Shown here one piece after another: positions 51,541 to 64,000 of a stretch of 64,000 nucleotides of DNA. Below the pieces are notes generated by a model. The model saw only the letters and a program-made list of their open reading frames with translations, was not told where the DNA came from and searched no databases. Position 1 is the first letter of the stretch, and every line of letters starts with the position of its first letter. The position numbers and the translations under genes are program-made. This stretch comes from Eutreptiella sp. 'Long Island Sound 2002'. Lineage: Eukaryota; Protista; Euglenida. The stretch covers positions 162,750,001-162,814,000 of the forward strand of contig OZ038378.1 of assembly GCA_964036045.1 (NCBI GenBank), written 5' to 3'.

Positions 51541-54207
51541 GAGCGCAGAAAGCAAATGAGGGCGCATGATAATCAACATTCTTGAACACCTACAGGCGCT
51601 GTGACCCTATCCGCTAGGGTAGGAGGGCAAATGCACAGGATGTGCATGCACATATGATGGCGGCTTTGCCGCCTTGCTGGACTCATCGTCGCTGCTCCGC
51701 CGTGTTTGCACAATTTGTGAGCGCGGCTACGCTGCGTTTTTGGAACCGATGGACAGCGTTTTCCTGCCGGTGGGATACCGGGGGTGACAGCCATCGTCTG
51801 GTTATGGCTGAGCACCGGAACCCGGTCTGACCGTCACTTCTTCGGAATTATCTGACCACAGCTGACCATGGCTAGAAACTAGGCAAAGCGCGATTGTGTG
51901 TCGAGTGTACAGGGAAAGACGGCCTGTGTCATGCTTGTGATGAGTCCTCGTGCTCATCACATCATTGTGATTCGTACCGCACCCCACTGCTCGTTGTTTT
52001 GGTGTGATTTTCAATTCGGGAAGTGGGTTTCCTAAGTGCGGCATGCAGTTTCTGATGATGAGTTGTGCTCTGCCATGCGAAAGCCATTTTCCCCAATGGC
52101 CTAAAGGTAAGCCAATTGGAGGATGTTGATTTCCCGGAGCACCACGCGGCAAATGCAAAGCCGGACGCCGATTCTGATTCTGACCATGACAGTGGCACTG
52201 ATTTTGACTCAGAGCTCTTCATTTCAGATGATTTATCGTCTTGCTCAAATTCTGGGGAGGATGATGAAGTGGAGATTGTGTGGGCCAAAGCGGGCCATGA
52301 GATTTGCACCTTGCCCATGTGTTTGAGGGCAAGTTTTACTTCACCAAAGATATTGTGGATGACAGTTTTGTGCCAAGGAAAAGGAAGCCTCAATGCATTC
52401 AAAAGCTTGCTGCCAAGCCTGCCCCAAAGCCTGCCACAAAGGGCAAGCATTTGCAATTGTTCAAGATGAGGAGCAAGGTTGGAAAGAGCTTCTATTCCAC
52501 AGCCCCTGATGTCCCTGATGGGCAGTGAGGACCTCTAGAACTTGCTGAAATTTGCTTACACCTTGTGTTCTAGTGCCCTGTTGTGACTATTGTGCTTAGG
52601 GTGAGGTATGGGCAGGTTTTCGGGGCATGCGTTCTTTTGGTACTGCGCGTCGCACGCTACCACCGCCTTGTTTAATCACCAGGACCTGGTCTGACCATCC
52701 CTTTCCTGACTTTCCAGGTGCTTGCCCAGGGGGGGGGGGGGTAACTGGCAGGACTGGGCTACCTAAATTTCTTAAAACTGGTGTCCGAATACTGGGGAAA
52801 ATTTATGGGCGAGAATTAAAAATTCTCAGCCCATACATTTTTCCAAATTTGGAGAAAATGTATGGGCTGAGAAGTAAACAACCTCAGCCGGTACATTTTT
52901 CCAAGCATTTTTGCGTGTCAAAAATGCAGATTTGCTTGCCCCCGGGGGAACAGCAAAGGGCCGCATCCCTTGGGACGGGGCTTCGCCGCTTGCCCAAGGG
53001 GGGCCCCGTCCGGTTGCATTGAGCATGTTGTAAAAAGGGGGTAAATGCCACCTGTTTTGAGATATTTAGGTTGCAAAATGAGTGCGCGAATGCTGGGAAA
53101 AATGTGCAGGCTGAGAATTAAGCAATCTCAGCCAGTACATTTTTCCGACTTTTTTCATGCGCCAAAAATACAGTTTTGGCAAAGCAGTGCTTCTGAAGCC
53201 TGCCTTGGTCATGGGAAGTGGCAGCTGATTCACGAGTGGGTGCCCAGTGCAGGGCCATGCTCATGGCCTCTTTCTGCGTGCTGCGAAGACGACAGGTTTT
53301 GAAGCTCTTTGTGTTGCCTGTGTTGTTCACAAGGGCTTGCAGGGCCACTCTTCAGGTATCAGTAGAGAGGGCAGCGCAAGGAGTTGATAGCTGGGAGACC
53401 GCCTAGTCCTGGCTGTCCTGAGGACATGGTGCATAGAATGAAGTTTGGTCTCACACAAGCTAGATTTAAGCCGATGCCTCTATTCCTGGCTTTCTGGGTT
53501 TATTCCCAATTTCTTCAGTGCCTTGTTGTGCAGGGCGAGCAGTGATGCAGTTTCTGTGTGGTTTTCTTGCTTTGCACAGGGCCTTGAGCCAAGCAGGGGA
53601 AATGGAGGGAGACGGGGCACAAGAAATGAAAAAGGGGTGCGCACACAATGGGATGCTTCTCAAGCCTTTTTTTGTGTGGCGCGGATACCCTACCCCGGGT
53701 GGGGGGTGCCTGCCTGCCTTTTTTGAAGTTCTGGTTGCCCTCACCGGAAACCCCCTCCCCACTCCCCCCAGAGGGTGTAGGCCCACAGTGGGTTGGGACT
53801 GTTTCCCGGACATCATGTGTACGCTTTCAGTGATCTGCCACACACCAGTGACAGATGTGGGCAGTAGCTCAGTCTGGATTGCAGAGCAACCAGCTATGGT
53901 TTCCATGCCTGGTGTGCACAATTTTCCCCCTGCCGGTGGTGTTCTGTGGATACCGGGGATGAGACGTTGAGGGGGTGCCTGCCTCCCCAGCTAGACCGCT
54001 GTCCTCCCCGTAGGGGTAGGACAAAAGCAGTGTCTGCCCTCAAAAAGTGCCTGCCTCGTCCAAGATTTCACCCCCCACCCCCTCCCCGCACCACAAAAAA
54101 GGCTTGATGCTGCTGTGTTCCTCAACCTTCTCAGGGGTCCAGTTTCTTCGCGTTCTCGGATGGATGTCCCCGTTTATGGCTCTTGCTTAGCCATGTCATG
54201 AGGCGAC

Positions 54208-54741
54208 ATGGCCCTCCTCTTGCACCTCCTCGGGAGCATCGTCCTCCAGACCCTGCTTTTTGCCGGTGCGCCCAGTGTCTTGTCCAGGCCGACCTGGACG
54301 TCTGGCTCCAGGCCCCCTGCGGAGTTGGTGTGGGCCAACTTCACTCGGGACTATGGAGACTGGCTCGGCACCCAGCAGTACTGCATGGAGTGGTGCAGTG
54401 CGGATGGAGGCGCCGAACCCTCCAACATTTTCCGCGATTTCGACGCTGGCTCCCCGGCGTGGCGGCGCGCCAGCGCCCTGCCCCCGTACCAGGGCCAGTA
54501 CCAGAACAGCACGGCCCGCCTGTTCAATCGGACCTGCTGCCACGTGTGCACGCAGGACTGCTTTGCCACACTGCGCGACAGCCGCAGAGTCGAGGACACC
54601 GCGGACGTGACCCTCGCGACGGTGGTCACGTTGGAGCGGTTCGGGACGGTCTGGCAGATGCGGAAGGTCTGGTCGGGGCCGATGGTGATGCTGGTGTACC
54701 ACGTGGAGATCGCCAACGGGACCAACGCCAACGCGCTGGAG
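54208..54741 (+). CDS. GT49 paralogue copy B, exon 1
   Basis: Colinear with copy A: WANFTR..DW...QQYC..WC, ALPPY.G..QN.TAR.FNRTCCHVCTQ.CF, TADVTLATVVT.ER, QMRKVWSGPMV. Donor GAG|GTGTGC at 54742. Confidence 0.9.
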
Positions 54742-57700
54742 GTGTGCGGTCCAGTGCTGCCCCCCTCTGTGCCACATTCGGAAGCCGCCGCATCGAGGCT
54801 TCGCCAGGCCCCAATCCGCGTGCCTCAGTGAGGCCCCCATGCGGTGGGCGTGCTCCATGCGGCATTCGATTCGTCGTGCGGAGGCCCCATTTCATGTGCT
54901 GGCACACGCACGTGTCAGAGGAGCACCCGAGTCCATTGTTTCGGCGGCCGCCCCACACAACCTTCGCGGCCAAGAGGGTTCGGTACCGTTGTGTGCCCCC
55001 AAAGCCGTCTCAACGCCTGCAGCACTCCATTGGCCTTTGGCATCAGGCGACTGCCCACGCTCTGACTGTTTTGGTTGGTTCTCTGCCCAGTCGCCCCCGT
55101 GAATAGGCTGTGCCCCATCCCCTTTGAAACGCATGTGCACACGTGCGGGTCCACACACAGGCGACCCCCCACCTATCCCCCCCCCCCTGATACCGAGGCC
55201 TTGTGCCCCCCCCCCCCCCCTGATACCGAGGCCTTGTGCCCCCCCCCCCCCCCCGCCCCTGCGCTTCCAAACCCTCAGAGGCCAGGTTGCCTCCGACAGT
55301 GGCTGCAGAGAGGAGAGGAGGGCATATCTGTAGCCCAGAGTGCGACACTTCCGGGCAACGTCACCAAGTCCATGGCAGACAACAACCCTATGCACCTCAA
55401 CCTAGACCTCTTTCTTCGATGCTGCTTGTTCTGTGCATAGCACACCGCTGTTATTTACTCAGCCTTCCAGTTTGTTTGGTGCTACAGTAGCACACCGGGA
55501 TGCCTTCGGGCGTGGCAGTTCCCACTGCATTTCCTGGTATCAGATACAGCAGGTCCTTAACACATGTAACGTCCGCTACCACACCGCCTTGTGGGACCAT
55601 CGTAGCACTGGACTGATCCTTGATTCCGATAGATTTCTCAAGTGCCTTGTAACGAGCAAGCTCCGGCAGCTCATCATGGCTTGAACCCCCCAAAAAAAGA
55701 GGAGAGGAGGGCATATCTGTAGCCCCACACACGTGTCTCTGCGGAACACCGCCAAGGGTCCGCAGAAGCGAGTTCGTCCATGGTGCCCATGACGATGGTC
55801 CGATCCAGCAAGGCGGGGGGGATGGGGCCATTGCAGGCATTTGAAGACCTCCCAATTACTGGCCCCGTATGCGGCTGCCTCCTCATCTGCATTTGGGTCA
55901 CTATTCCAGAGCCATTTGGCAGATGACGGGGCCCAGCCAGCTCTCGCAGGTATTGCTGAGCGCTGGCACTGAGCGAGTGCCCTATCGCAGGCGGCACATG
56001 GCCGCGGCTGCCACTGCAGCTGGGCATGAATGAGAGGCATTGGAATGCTCCCTGAGCTCCGTGGTGCCAAGGCGAGGGGACAGGCGCAGGGTGTGTCACT
56101 GGGCTGTACAAAGCAGAACAAGGACCAAACACATGGTACCCCCTTTGAAGGGAGCAGAAGAAGGACCAAACACCTGGCACCCCTTGAACTAAGGTGCAAA
56201 AAAAACGGGGCCGTTGGCGCCGTGACCCTTGCAGCACTATCTCTCAAAACTCGGGGGGGGGGGGTCGCATACACGGACCGGGCCCGCATCCCCCCCCCCC
56301 CCCGTGAGTGCAGGGGCCAGGGAAGGAGCGAACGACCTGGGCCGAGCAGTAGCACAACTGGAGTATGGGGAAGATCTGCAGTAGCACAGTGCAGCGGAAT
56401 CTGTAGACTGCAGCCCCCACGATCAATGTGATTGTGTATTGAGGTGGCTGGATGGGGGGGGGATGGGGGCTGAGGTGCATTTTGGTGCCCGAGAGTGGGA
56501 GGGCTGTCCCTGGCTGCGGCCTTCTGCCCCTGGCCTCCGCTGCCCTGCGCGCACCTCACGTCCCGCCGTACCCCAGACCGTACCATTAGGGGGGCAGTCA
56601 TCACCAGAAATGGGGGCGATTGTAACACAGGGCCAGCCGTGGCGGTGCGCTGTGTGGGACCGGCGGTCCTCGTCGCTTCAGTACAATATGCACTGCCCCT
56701 TTTGAAGATCGCGAAACACTTTGCAACAAATGTTCACCCGGGCCCTTGAATTGCATTTTCTTTGCCGGGGGTGGGGGGGAACCCCCAGGGCCTTTTCTTG
56801 ATTGCTTGATTTCTTTGGGAAGAAAGTCAGGTTTGTGCGGAGGTTGGCTCGCAAAACAGCGCCCACATGCTGCGTTTCTGCAAGCCCCTCCCCAAAGGTT
56901 TGCCCTGGGCCCCTTCGGCGGTAAGCGTGTGAAGAAAGGAATATCATTGTAGTGCGGAGGCGGCGGGAAAGTGAATCAAATCCGTGGGATGGCCCCGCGC
57001 ATGGAACGGAGGACTGGCAGGTGTCACACTTTGGGTTCTTGGGCTGAGGGTCTGTGGACCCTGAGGCCCAAGTGCGAAGCCCCGGGGGGGGGGGGGGAGG
57101 GGGGTCGTCTGATTCCTCGACTGACCTTTCTCGGTGCTGTTGCCATCGCCATCTCCACCGGCAGGCACCTCTGGGCGTCCTCAGCTTATGTCAGTTTGCA
57201 GTGAACATGGGAAACCCCCCAATAAAGCTTCCAAGGAAGGAAGGGATTCACGAAGGAGATATGTGTGTTGAAGGGTGGAAGCAATGGGCCCCACTGCAGA
57301 TGAAGGCTATCGCAAAACACTGCTACCCGGTCCCTGCTCCTGTGTGCATGACTGTATGGGCGGGGGGGGGGGGGGGGTCCAGCCCCCCCCCCCCCCCATT
57401 AGTGGTGCTGAATTTTTAGAGGCGCCAATGGCGCTGAAGAAATTTTTTGGTCAAAACCAATTGCGCCGAAGGCGCCGGAAAAACTTTTTGATCGGCTGAA
57501 GGCCCGGAACAGAATTTGGCCCAATATCTTAATATCTTAAAGGGGGGGGGGGGGTTCAGGGGGGGGTCTCCCCCCCACCCCCCCACTCCCAGTGGTGCCG
57601 AGTTGTTAAAAGGAGCCCTGGGGAGGGGACACCAACGTGGGTCAGCAGGTGTGCACTACGAGCGCTCCGTGTTCAGGCCAATGGCCATCGGCCTCCGGCA

Positions 57701-58127
57701 GATCCGCGCAGGCCTCCCCCCCCACCCCCCCCCCCCCCCTCCCAGCCGGGGGTCTTCGTGATGACCGCATCCCGGGCACTGATCAGGCCGTCAGGGGAGG
57801 ACGCCATGGGCAGAGGTTGCATTCTGGATTCCCCCCCCCAAGGGCAGGGGGATGCCCGCAGCAGTGCGGATGCCTGCAGTAGTACGCATGCCTGCTTGTC
57901 ATAGCAGAAGGTTCAAGGGCGAGAAGCCACAGGTCAACAGAGCTAACCACCAATGCCTTGTGCCAAACCCCCCCCACCCTTCCGCCAACCCCCCCCCCCC
58001 CCCCAACTGCCCCCCCGCCCCCAAGTTTTGACAGATAGCCGGGAAGTGGGTCGCATCAGGACCAGCTGTAGGCCCCCCCCGTGCCTGCACTCCCGGATGC
58101 TGCCTGCGTGTAACCCACTACTCTCAG

Positions 58128-59197
58128 GTCTCCAGAGCGCGGAAGGCGCTGCAGACTGCATTGGCGGAATGGCCCCAGACGCTGGTGCTGGAGTACGTGC
58201 ACCGTGCGCGCTGGCAGCTGCCGCTCCTGCCCATTAACGCGCTGCGCAACGCGGCCCTGGACCACGCGCGCACGCGCTACCTCTTCCCGGTGGACGCCGA
58301 CTTCCTCCCATCGGTTGGGCTGCACGCCGCGCTGCGGAGCGCCGCGCACGGCATTCTGAGCAAGGGTGCGCACGCGCTCGTCGTGCCGCATTTCGAGGTC
58401 GCAGAGTGCAACCACCCGACAGGGGCGCAGCGGTTGCGGACAGCAGAATATCCGGACACTTTGGCGAGGCTCACCGCGCTTCTGAGGCAGGGGGTGGTGC
58501 GGCCGTTCCACGCCGAGACGTCGGAGATCCTGCGGCACATCGCGGGGGTCCCTAAGCATTACGGGTGCCCGAAGGAAGTGAAGCCGCTCGTGAACAACGC
58601 GGAGGGCGTCAAGGTCACGCGGTATGACGTGTGGTACAACGCGAGCCGTGTGCTCGAAGGCGTCCCGCCGGAGATACCATCTGAGCTGTTGAACGCGACC
58701 AAACTGTTCCACAGCTACGCCAAGCTCGTCGGTGGGCTGGGCAGGGACGCGCAGTGGCTGAAGCTCAAGATCTCTGACACGGAGCGCCTGTGTGACAAGG
58801 CCGTCACCATTTATCTCGACCGGTGGGAGCCGTACCTGTGCTTCGGTCGCGTGTCCGCGTGGGGGCTGGTGGTGCGCTACAACGAACTGCTCGTGGGGCG
58901 CTTCTACAACAAAGTCCAGCTCGTTTCGGCGCTGAGGGCCAAGCGCTTCCGCTTCTACACGCTGCTGCGGCACTTCCTGGTGCACAAGACGCACAGGCCG
59001 TCCCGCTGGCAGCAGAAGCTGGACACAGATTTCGCAATGACCATGCGGCTGCTGGTGGACAGCAGCTTGAGGGACGTTAGCCCCGCCCACCCCGGCTGCG
59101 ATGTTCCGAACTTGCGACGGGTTGCGCAAGGTCTGCCCCCCAAGCCCCGGTTCACAAAGCCACTTACACGTGCGAACATGATTGCGAGGCAGCTGGC

Positions 59198-59242
<45 letters not shown>

Positions 59243-59258
59243 ACAACAGCAACGTTAA
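58128..59258 (+). CDS. GT49 paralogue copy B, exon 2, ending in an 18-Gln tract
   Basis: Acceptor ctactctcag| at 58127. VSRARKALQTALAEWPQT aligns without gaps to copy A VATARQQIRTLVAKWPQT. The spliced product is 554 aa; stop TAA at 59256-59258. Confidence 0.9.
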
Positions 59259-59474
59259 TCTCCTGGGTGATTTTCAGGAGGCAGCTGTAGTAGAATGTGG
59301 GTGGCTGCTCCTTCCTGCTTTGGTTTGAGCAGTACAACATGCCGCACAGCTACTGATGCCAGTATGCCCCAGCGAGTGAGGTACTTCCAAGCAAAACATG
59401 GTGAGCATTCGGGAGGCATTGAGAGGGCACACTGATTATATGCATTTCTATTTATTACTACACCCCTCTCCCCT

Positions 59475-61990
59475 TCAATCTATCTGACAACAAGCAAGCA
59501 AACAAGCAACACCAAGCAAGCAATCATCATTCTGTTCCAGTCATCACTCGTTCTCAACGCTTCATGCCTTACTGCCCTGAAGCCATCCTAAAGCGTAGGT
59601 GGGCCTTGCCAAATCCAACTTTTGAGCCAAAAAGTCAACGATGATGCCCCGGGACGCAGGTGCCAAGCTGGGAGGTGTCCTCCCAAATCTGCGCGGTTGT
59701 GGGCCAGAGGGAACGTCGCGTGCCGGGGACGCAAGGCAAAGTTTCAACAGTCATTGTCCCTCCTTCAACCATTTTGGGGCACGTATTTTCATGGGATTTT
59801 CTGACCTACCCTAGTACAATGGTATTTGCGCTTTTGTTCTATTGCCCAAGAGAGCAAGCAATGATTCCAAGAGAGGCTAATATTGTCATTACACTCCCAT
59901 GCCACCACTTCTTCCAATCATGCATAAATGACTTATGTTTTCGCATTTGTGAAAAGGGCACTCCAAGCACAGTATGACAGGGGTCAAGCATTAAAGCATT
60001 CGGATGGATGGCCGGAACATTGACTTGGATGCGGGCGTGCCCCGGGCAAACGTTCCCTCAAAAACGGCCATCTTTGGCCCAAAGCAGCCCTAGAACCCGT
60101 TCAAAATGGCCAAGTGAAAGGAAACGGTTGGTACACCTCACATGCTTTACTTGCTCATAACAACGACCCCTATGGTGCCCGCTAACTCAATGATATGTCC
60201 CAATACTGCCCCACGAAGGCGCTAAAAAGCTCTAGAATGTGCGCAAATTGGTCAAAGACAGCCCCAAACCAAGAACAGGCCGCATCTTGGGCTACGTGGC
60301 TCCAACCGCGATTCGGAGGGCGCCTAGACCACCTGCAAATCCCCACTTTTGGTGGTTTCCACCCTCTCAAGGTGACCAAACGGACACCCAGACCCCCGTA
60401 CTAGTGCCCGCTCCGCCGCGGCAAGCTCCAAGCTCAACACCAAACAGGTGGGTGCCAAAATGGGTCAAGGGGAAAATTTTGAAAATGATCACCAAACCAT
60501 GTGGGATTCCAAAACAAGTGGTTCTAACCCGCTTTGAGCGAGTGGAGACCTCTTTTGCCCCCCCCAAAATGCCAAATTGCCTTGACAATGGGCCGTTTTG
60601 GGATCAAAAAGTGGGTAAAAAAGGGCAAAAATCGCGTTCTCCAAAATTGATCCTCGGCCATTTGGGATGCACAAACAAATGAAATGAGCCCATTTTGAGC
60701 TCAATTTCCAAATGAGTAGTCGTGGCCACTTCGACTCAGCCCCCCCCCCCCCCAAAAGAAATGAACCCATTATGGGCCTCCTTTTTGCCCATAAAAGTCC
60801 TATGAACCCTTCAAAACGGGCCATTTCGGGACCAAAAATGGGCCACAAATGGTCAAAATTGTGTTTTCCCAAAACTGATGGTGCACCATTTGGGGTTGAC
60901 AAACAGGTGAATTGAGCCCATTTGAGCCCATTTGAGCCCATTTTGACCCATTTTAGCCCATCAACCCATGCCAAGGCGGCAATTTCTACACTTGTGTCGT
61001 GCTATCGCGCTGACCCTAGAGCCATGAGACCGGATCCACCTAGAGTAGGGGAGAGGGGTCTAGATCAAAGGATATATGAGTACACCCCTCTCCCCTTCCT
61101 AGCACCACCCCACAAAGGCCCCAAAAGCCCCAAACAACCACATTGGCCGCAGGCAACCCCACTCCGAGAATAGGCTGCATCTTGGGCTACGTGGCTCAAA
61201 ACGTGATTTCGAGGGCGCCTAGATCACCTGCAACCCCCAGCTTTTTGTGCTTTCCACCCCCTCAAAATTGCCCACACGGACACCCAGACTCTCATACTAT
61301 TGCCCACTAGGCTTCGGCAAGCTGGAAGCTCAAGACCAAACTGGTGGGTGCCAAAATGGATCAATGGGATCCACCAGGGGCAAAAGAAGGAGGTTGCGGG
61401 TGGACTAGGTGCCCTCAGAATCGCATTTTGAGCCACGTAGCCCAAGATATGGCTTATTCTTGGTTTGGGGAGGTTTGCGGCCAAGCTGCGCAGATTTTGG
61501 GCCTTTGGGGGCATTTCTCAGACACACCATCGAGTTTGGGGCAAAAAACAGCTGTTTTGGCCCCAAAAAGCACAGATTTGGGAGGGCACCTCCTGATTTG
61601 GCAAGGGCCCACCTAGGCTCTAGGATGGCTAGAGTACAGTAAGCTCGAGGCGTTGGGACATAGTGATGGCGGAAATCGAAAGGAGAAGTGCTTGCTTGTT
61701 GCTTGTTGCTTGCTTGCTTGTTTGCTAGATTTAACATATCGTGGAGTTAGCGGGCACCATAGGGGGTCTTTGACATGGGCAAGTCAAGCCGCACGTGAAA
61801 TGCACCAATTGTTTCCTTTCATTCAAGGACTCCACCCAGGCTCTAAGATGGCTAGAGTAGAGTAGAGGTCGAACGATTGGGACGAGGTAATGGCCAAACG
61901 GAATGTTGACGTGCTTGTCCGTTGCTTGCTTGTTTGCATGTTGCGTGCTTGCTTGTGAGCCAGATTTAAGGGAAGAGGGTGTAGTAAAAT
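59475..61990. mobile_element. Diverged, rearranged relative of the 11685-14023 foldback element
   Basis: Shares the caagcaa/ttgcttg terminal arrays, ccacctaggctctaggatggctagagta, tcttgggc.acgtggctc and the centre hairpin ctagagt.ggggagaggggt...acccctctcccc (~61036-61100). Confidence 0.8.
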
Positions 61991-64000
61991 AGTCATCTGT
62001 AATGTGCATTCTCTCCACAAACAAAAATCCGCTTAATCTGCTCAGAGCTGAGTTTGTGAGTCAGCTCTGCTTTTATGGCCTATCCCTGACCCACCCCTGA
62101 CGCAATGCTGGAGCATAATCAAGGGAGAGTTCCAAGGTCCAAGCAGATTCTGTCCTTGTGCACAGGCAGTGCACAGGCCCCCATGCATACATACGTGGGT
62201 AAGTGCGTCCATACATGCCGTCAAGTGCCAGGGGATGTCATCTAGGCGGGACCAGTTGAGTTAAGCACGATGCAATGCCGATCATGCCATGGTCAGCGTT
62301 AGGGCTGACCAACCCTAATAAAACCAGACGATATGGCTATGCAATCGTCTTTAAGGGCAACAGCCCCCGCTGCCTTTCTCTGATATTCTCTGTGATCTTC
62401 TGCAGCGCAGTTGTTGGTTTGCACCCCACTCCATCTGCAACTTGTGGAATGAATATGGGAGCATTTGCTTCAGGTATTTTTTACATAGCATGTACAATGC
62501 AGTATTTTTTCTGTCCTCTCTTTGTTACCCTGTGGAAGGCTAGTAAAAAGGGATTAAACACCATCCAGATTTTTCAAAGAACGCCCCTGCAAAGCGGAAT
62601 TTATGAGGGCCTTGGAGACGACGAGGCCCACGTCCACATTTTGCAAGCAACAAGTGTAAGCACAAATAAAGATTCCTTTCACAGAACGAAGAATCGGACA
62701 TGCCTATTTGGCAGCAAGGGGCAACAGAGCAATGGTCCTGGCATTCTGCATTGGGGCAGGAAAGCACCACAAGTCCAAAGATCCTCAGCCATTTGCACCA
62801 GTATGCCAACATCCCCAACGCCAAACTGTATTTTATGCGCTTCCCTAACACTAGACATCATGCAGTCGCCTTTGCTCGCCAAGGCCCATCGTCGTTGTGC
62901 ACCATGGGCCCTATGTTACATTTTCCGCATCAACGGTGATGAGCACCCTCCAAATTGGATTGTGATGGGAATTGTTGAATGTGAAGCATGCAAGCACTGG
63001 CATGGGAGGGGCAAGGGGCTATAGGTGTCACTATGAGCAGGGATAGCTGTCCCACTCCCACCTACCAAGAATGTTTTTCCCTGTGCTTGGAACAAGCACT
63101 TTCCTCCAAAAACTCAAAGTGCATTCAGTGCATACACCAAGAAGTACTACCTTGCATAGTTCATTCGCCTATCCCCCCACCCTGCCAGGATATATTGTGG
63201 ATGTTGCGAGAAATGGCATTTGGTTCGAAGTCATGTGACGTATGTGATGGCACAGCCCACACATTGTGCCCACACATAGTTGTTTTTTTTCTTTCCGGTG
63301 CCCTCCATGCTTCCGGTTTGTGTCCATTGGAGGTATGTGCAAAAGTGCACCAATGTGTAGCGCAAATATCCAGAGCAATTGCTGTGGCTGCATTGGCATT
63401 GGCAATGAGTGAACTGTCTACAACATTTGCCAAGCCCCTTTCAATAGATGAGTTCTGGCCAAAAGTGTTAATCCGTATTGCAGAATTTCCGTTCCGCGGT
63501 GTTGTCCCAAGAATGCTTGTAGAAGATTCAAGTTTGACAAAAAGATGATTCTTGTAGAAGATTCGAGTTTGACAAAAAGATGATTCAACACTACGATAGC
63601 ATGCTCAAAGGTATTTTTAACAATATGTGTAAAGCCAATTCGAAGGCTGCACAACCCCATCCAAAGATATGAAGGTGGACCTCATCTACAAGCATCTGCT
63701 TCGTGATTTTCAATAAAAGAATAGATGTGCCCTATGTATAGGTGCATGTATGATACAAAAGCAGCTTTCGCTTCGCTGAATGCCACCGTTGAGTGGCTAG
63801 GAAGCCGCCTTGGGGCAATATGCACGTGAACACAAGTATCACCTACCATCAAAGAATTGAAGTGAAAGTGCAAATCTAGTAAAACTGAGTAGAAGAATTT
63901 TGTTTTAATTCAATTGCACCTTATTTTACCCACTTCCCCCAAATTTTACTCACTTTTACCTCATTTTTTGTTTATACTCACCAAACACTTCACCACGCCC

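Noticed and set aside
58056-59252. 398-aa minus-strand ORF (also 54196..54858- and 35508..36413-)
   Set aside because: Antisense shadows of the GC3-rich GT49 coding sequences.
62275-63660. 249-aa and 186-aa ORFs near the window end
   Set aside because: No recognisable domain or splice-consistent structure; possibly a TE relic.

Overview
Eukaryotic nuclear DNA: GT-AG introns, dense MITE-like elements, microsatellites and degenerate LINEs. A euglenid-like protist is my unverified guess. The ORF track hides the main gene. Chaining phase-compatible exons by hand gives one + strand gene of about 25 kb (4934-29879, about 18 exons, about 820 aa). It encodes a signal anchor, a GT61 (POMGNT2-like) glycosyltransferase domain and a PKDCC/POMK-like secretory-pathway kinase domain. 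Downstream on the same strand are two GT49 (LARGE/B4GAT1-like) paralogues, one intronless (35055-36725) and one split by a single 3,386-nt intron (54208-59258). These three families match enzymes of the animal phospho-O-mannose/matriglycan pathway, so the locus may encode an undescribed phosphoglycan system; this is inference. Also present: a 5'-truncated DUF1963/YwqG-like gene, a ~195-bp satellite, a 2.3-kb near-perfect palindrome inside an intron with a diverged relative near the window end, a degenerate APE-RT-zf-RNaseH LINE, a truncated LINE, and several small TIR elements. All family calls are from motif recognition by eye; no searches were run.
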